64,000 nucleotides of DNA from a bacterium (GTDB lineage: Bacteria > Auribacterota > UBA3054), in the NCBI GenBank assembly GCA_017616555.1, contig JAFZXZ010000003.1, positions 7,162-71,161 of the forward strand. The letters are read 5' to 3'. The position numbers and the translations under genes were made by a program. The notes under the pieces were generated by a model. That model searched no databases. It saw only the letters and a program-made list of their open reading frames with translations, and was not told the DNA's origin. Each line of letters starts with the position of its first letter. Positions within the stretch are counted from its first letter, which is position 1. This document shows, one piece after another, positions 62,594 to 64,000 of the stretch.

Positions 62594-63925
62594 TTAAAAA
62601 ACGATTGCGATGCGGAAACCTATGTTGGTGGTTCTGGCGTTTCTGCCCATTCTCATAGCCATGCGGCAGTAGTTGGTGGGGTCGCTTACATAGACGCTGC
62701 CGCTCTTGACGATGAATCTAGTGTCCGAAGCATCGCCAACGGGGTCGGTCACAGCGCTGGTGCCGAGATGGACGGAAAGGCGGTCAAGGCAATATTCCCA
62801 GGCGTTGCCGTGGATATCGTAAAGCCCGTTTATGCCGGGCTCCTTCAAGCCGACATCGTGGACGGCGCTGTTCGGATCCTGACACCAACCGAGTCTGGCC
62901 ATGTCGGTGTAGTCCACGACATTCGTGGTATACGATCTTTCGGGATCAAGCGGATCTTCAACCACCTTAGTTTTCCAGAAAGATGAGCCGTCGTTCCAGA
63001 CTTTGTCGCCGTGGAAGGTGCCGTCGTAGTTATAAATTCCGTCGTCGTCGTAAGTCCCGTCGCCCTTGTCCCTGGCGGCCATTTCCCACTGGGCTTCCGT
63101 CGGCAGGTCGAATTTCAGGCTGTAGCCGGTCTTCTGGCGCAGCCTGCCGAAGAAGCTGTTGTCGTCAACTCTGTGGTCGGTCTCGGTAGGCCAGGTCGCT
63201 CCGTAAGCGGTGCCGCGCAGATCGTCCATGTTGACTGATACCGCCGGGGTTTTTGTGCTGGAAGAGGAGCCGGAATTGATCATCGCATACTGGGCTGCCG
63301 TGCATTCGAAAATACCGATATAGAAAGGCTTCGTGATCGTCACCTCATGCTTGTCTTCATAGACTGTGGGGTTTGTGGAGGGTTCTCTGCCAGGTTCGGT
63401 CGGATCGGAGCCCATGTAGTAGGTCCCGGGATTGATCCTTTTGAAATAAATCTTCCAGGTCTTGTAGGCATCCCGCGAAGGATTGTCATTCGAAAGATCC
63501 GGACCGGCCATGGTGTAGCTCATGGTGTAATTGTTAAGATCCAGGATAAGGTATTCGGCGGCCTTGGTGACGTCCAGGGCGATGATGCCGACCTTCACGC
63601 TGCTGGAATCGGTATTCGGCTTGTCAACTGAAGCGTCCCAGGTGATTCTTTTCACGCCGGCAGCAAAGGTGACGCCGCAGGCGCCGTCGCCTTCAAGGGT
63701 GTTGAGGGCGAATGCTTCGCCGCTCCCTATCTGGCCGTAGAAAGCGGTGCGGAATACCGGGCTGGGCGAGGTGGAGGACAGGGTGTAGTTGATGTCCACC
63801 TTGCCGTTCCAAGGCCAGCGCTGGGCGCAGCTGATGTTCGTCACCTGGCTGGGGGTAAGGTCCGCCAGAACCGATACGGCAGCTGTCAGGGCAAGCAAAA
63901 GAGCAAATACAGATCTGCTGTTCAC
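62594..63925 (-). CDS. Secreted FGE-sulfatase domain protein, paralog
   Basis: Same architecture as 60382-61665 (QRWPWNGKVDINYTL; LPTEAQWEMAAR; DIHGNAWEYCLD; GFRIA). Confidence 0.8.
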   Translation of the reverse strand: MNSRSVFALLLALTAAVSVLADLTPSQVTNISCAQRWPWNGKVDINYTLSSTSPSPVFRTAFYGQIGSGEAFALNTLEGDGACGVTFAAGVKRITWDASVDKPNTDSSSVKVGIIALDVTKAAEYLILDLNNYTMSYTMAGPDLSNDNPSRDAYKTWKIYFKRINPGTYYMGSDPTEPGREPSTNPTVYEDKHEVTITKPFYIGIFECTAAQYAMINSGSSSSTKTPAVSVNMDDLRGTAYGATWPTETDHRVDDNSFFGRLRQKTGYSLKFDLPTEAQWEMAARDKGDGTYDDDGIYNYDGTFHGDKVWNDGSSFWKTKVVEDPLDPERSYTTNVVDYTDMARLGWCQDPNSAVHDVGLKEPGINGLYDIHGNAWEYCLDRLSVHLGTSAVTDPVGDASDTRFIVKSGSVYVSDPTNYCRMAMRMGRNARTTNIGFRIAIVF

Positions 63926-64000
63926 GTTAGTTCCTCTATTTGTTAAGTCTCGTTTTTTGACGCACCGTTTATGCAGTGCATCCTCTTATCTCATTATATA

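Overview
The window looks like chromosome from an anaerobic diderm bacterium. Supporting genes are the [FeFe]-hydrogenase maturases hydF and hydG, the Kdo transferase waaA, secA, rpsD and rny-ymdB. Three proteins end in PEP-CTERM sorting signals, which implies an exosortase encoded elsewhere. A PVC-type lineage is only a guess. Positions 1-41.2 kb and 55.0-64 kb are mostly housekeeping genes written in a C-ending codon style: coaD, rsmD, rnd, waaA, dusB, mreCD-mrdA, pepA, rarA, rny, purM and purH. Two surface-protein clusters sit among them. One is DUF945-like x2 plus CotH/LTD/PEP-CTERM x2. The other is two FGE-like paralogs flanking a PEP-CTERM protein. Positions 41.2-55.0 kb are a mosaic accessory block that is AT-richer by eye. 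It carries a PD-(D/E)xK+DUF2075 nuclease-helicase and an orphan three-gene set that shares duplicated promoter-like and 3' elements. It also has an AT-rich repeat field with a 5 x 33-bp tandem array, and a radical-SAM + YhhQ pair behind a candidate preQ1-type leader. The rest of the block is a decayed regulator gene containing a 14 x 21-bp in-frame repeat, an XRE/ImmA pair, and a second copy of an uncharacterised ~865-aa secreted HEYHH-motif protein written in a different codon style. The first copy sits just left of the block, next to a sulfotransferase. One tRNA-Thr is present, plus one candidate 6S-like structured RNA upstream of rarA-ygfA. I found no rRNA, CRISPR array, integrase or transposase. 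All calls rest on reading motifs in the translations and on base-pairing checked by hand. No database search was run.
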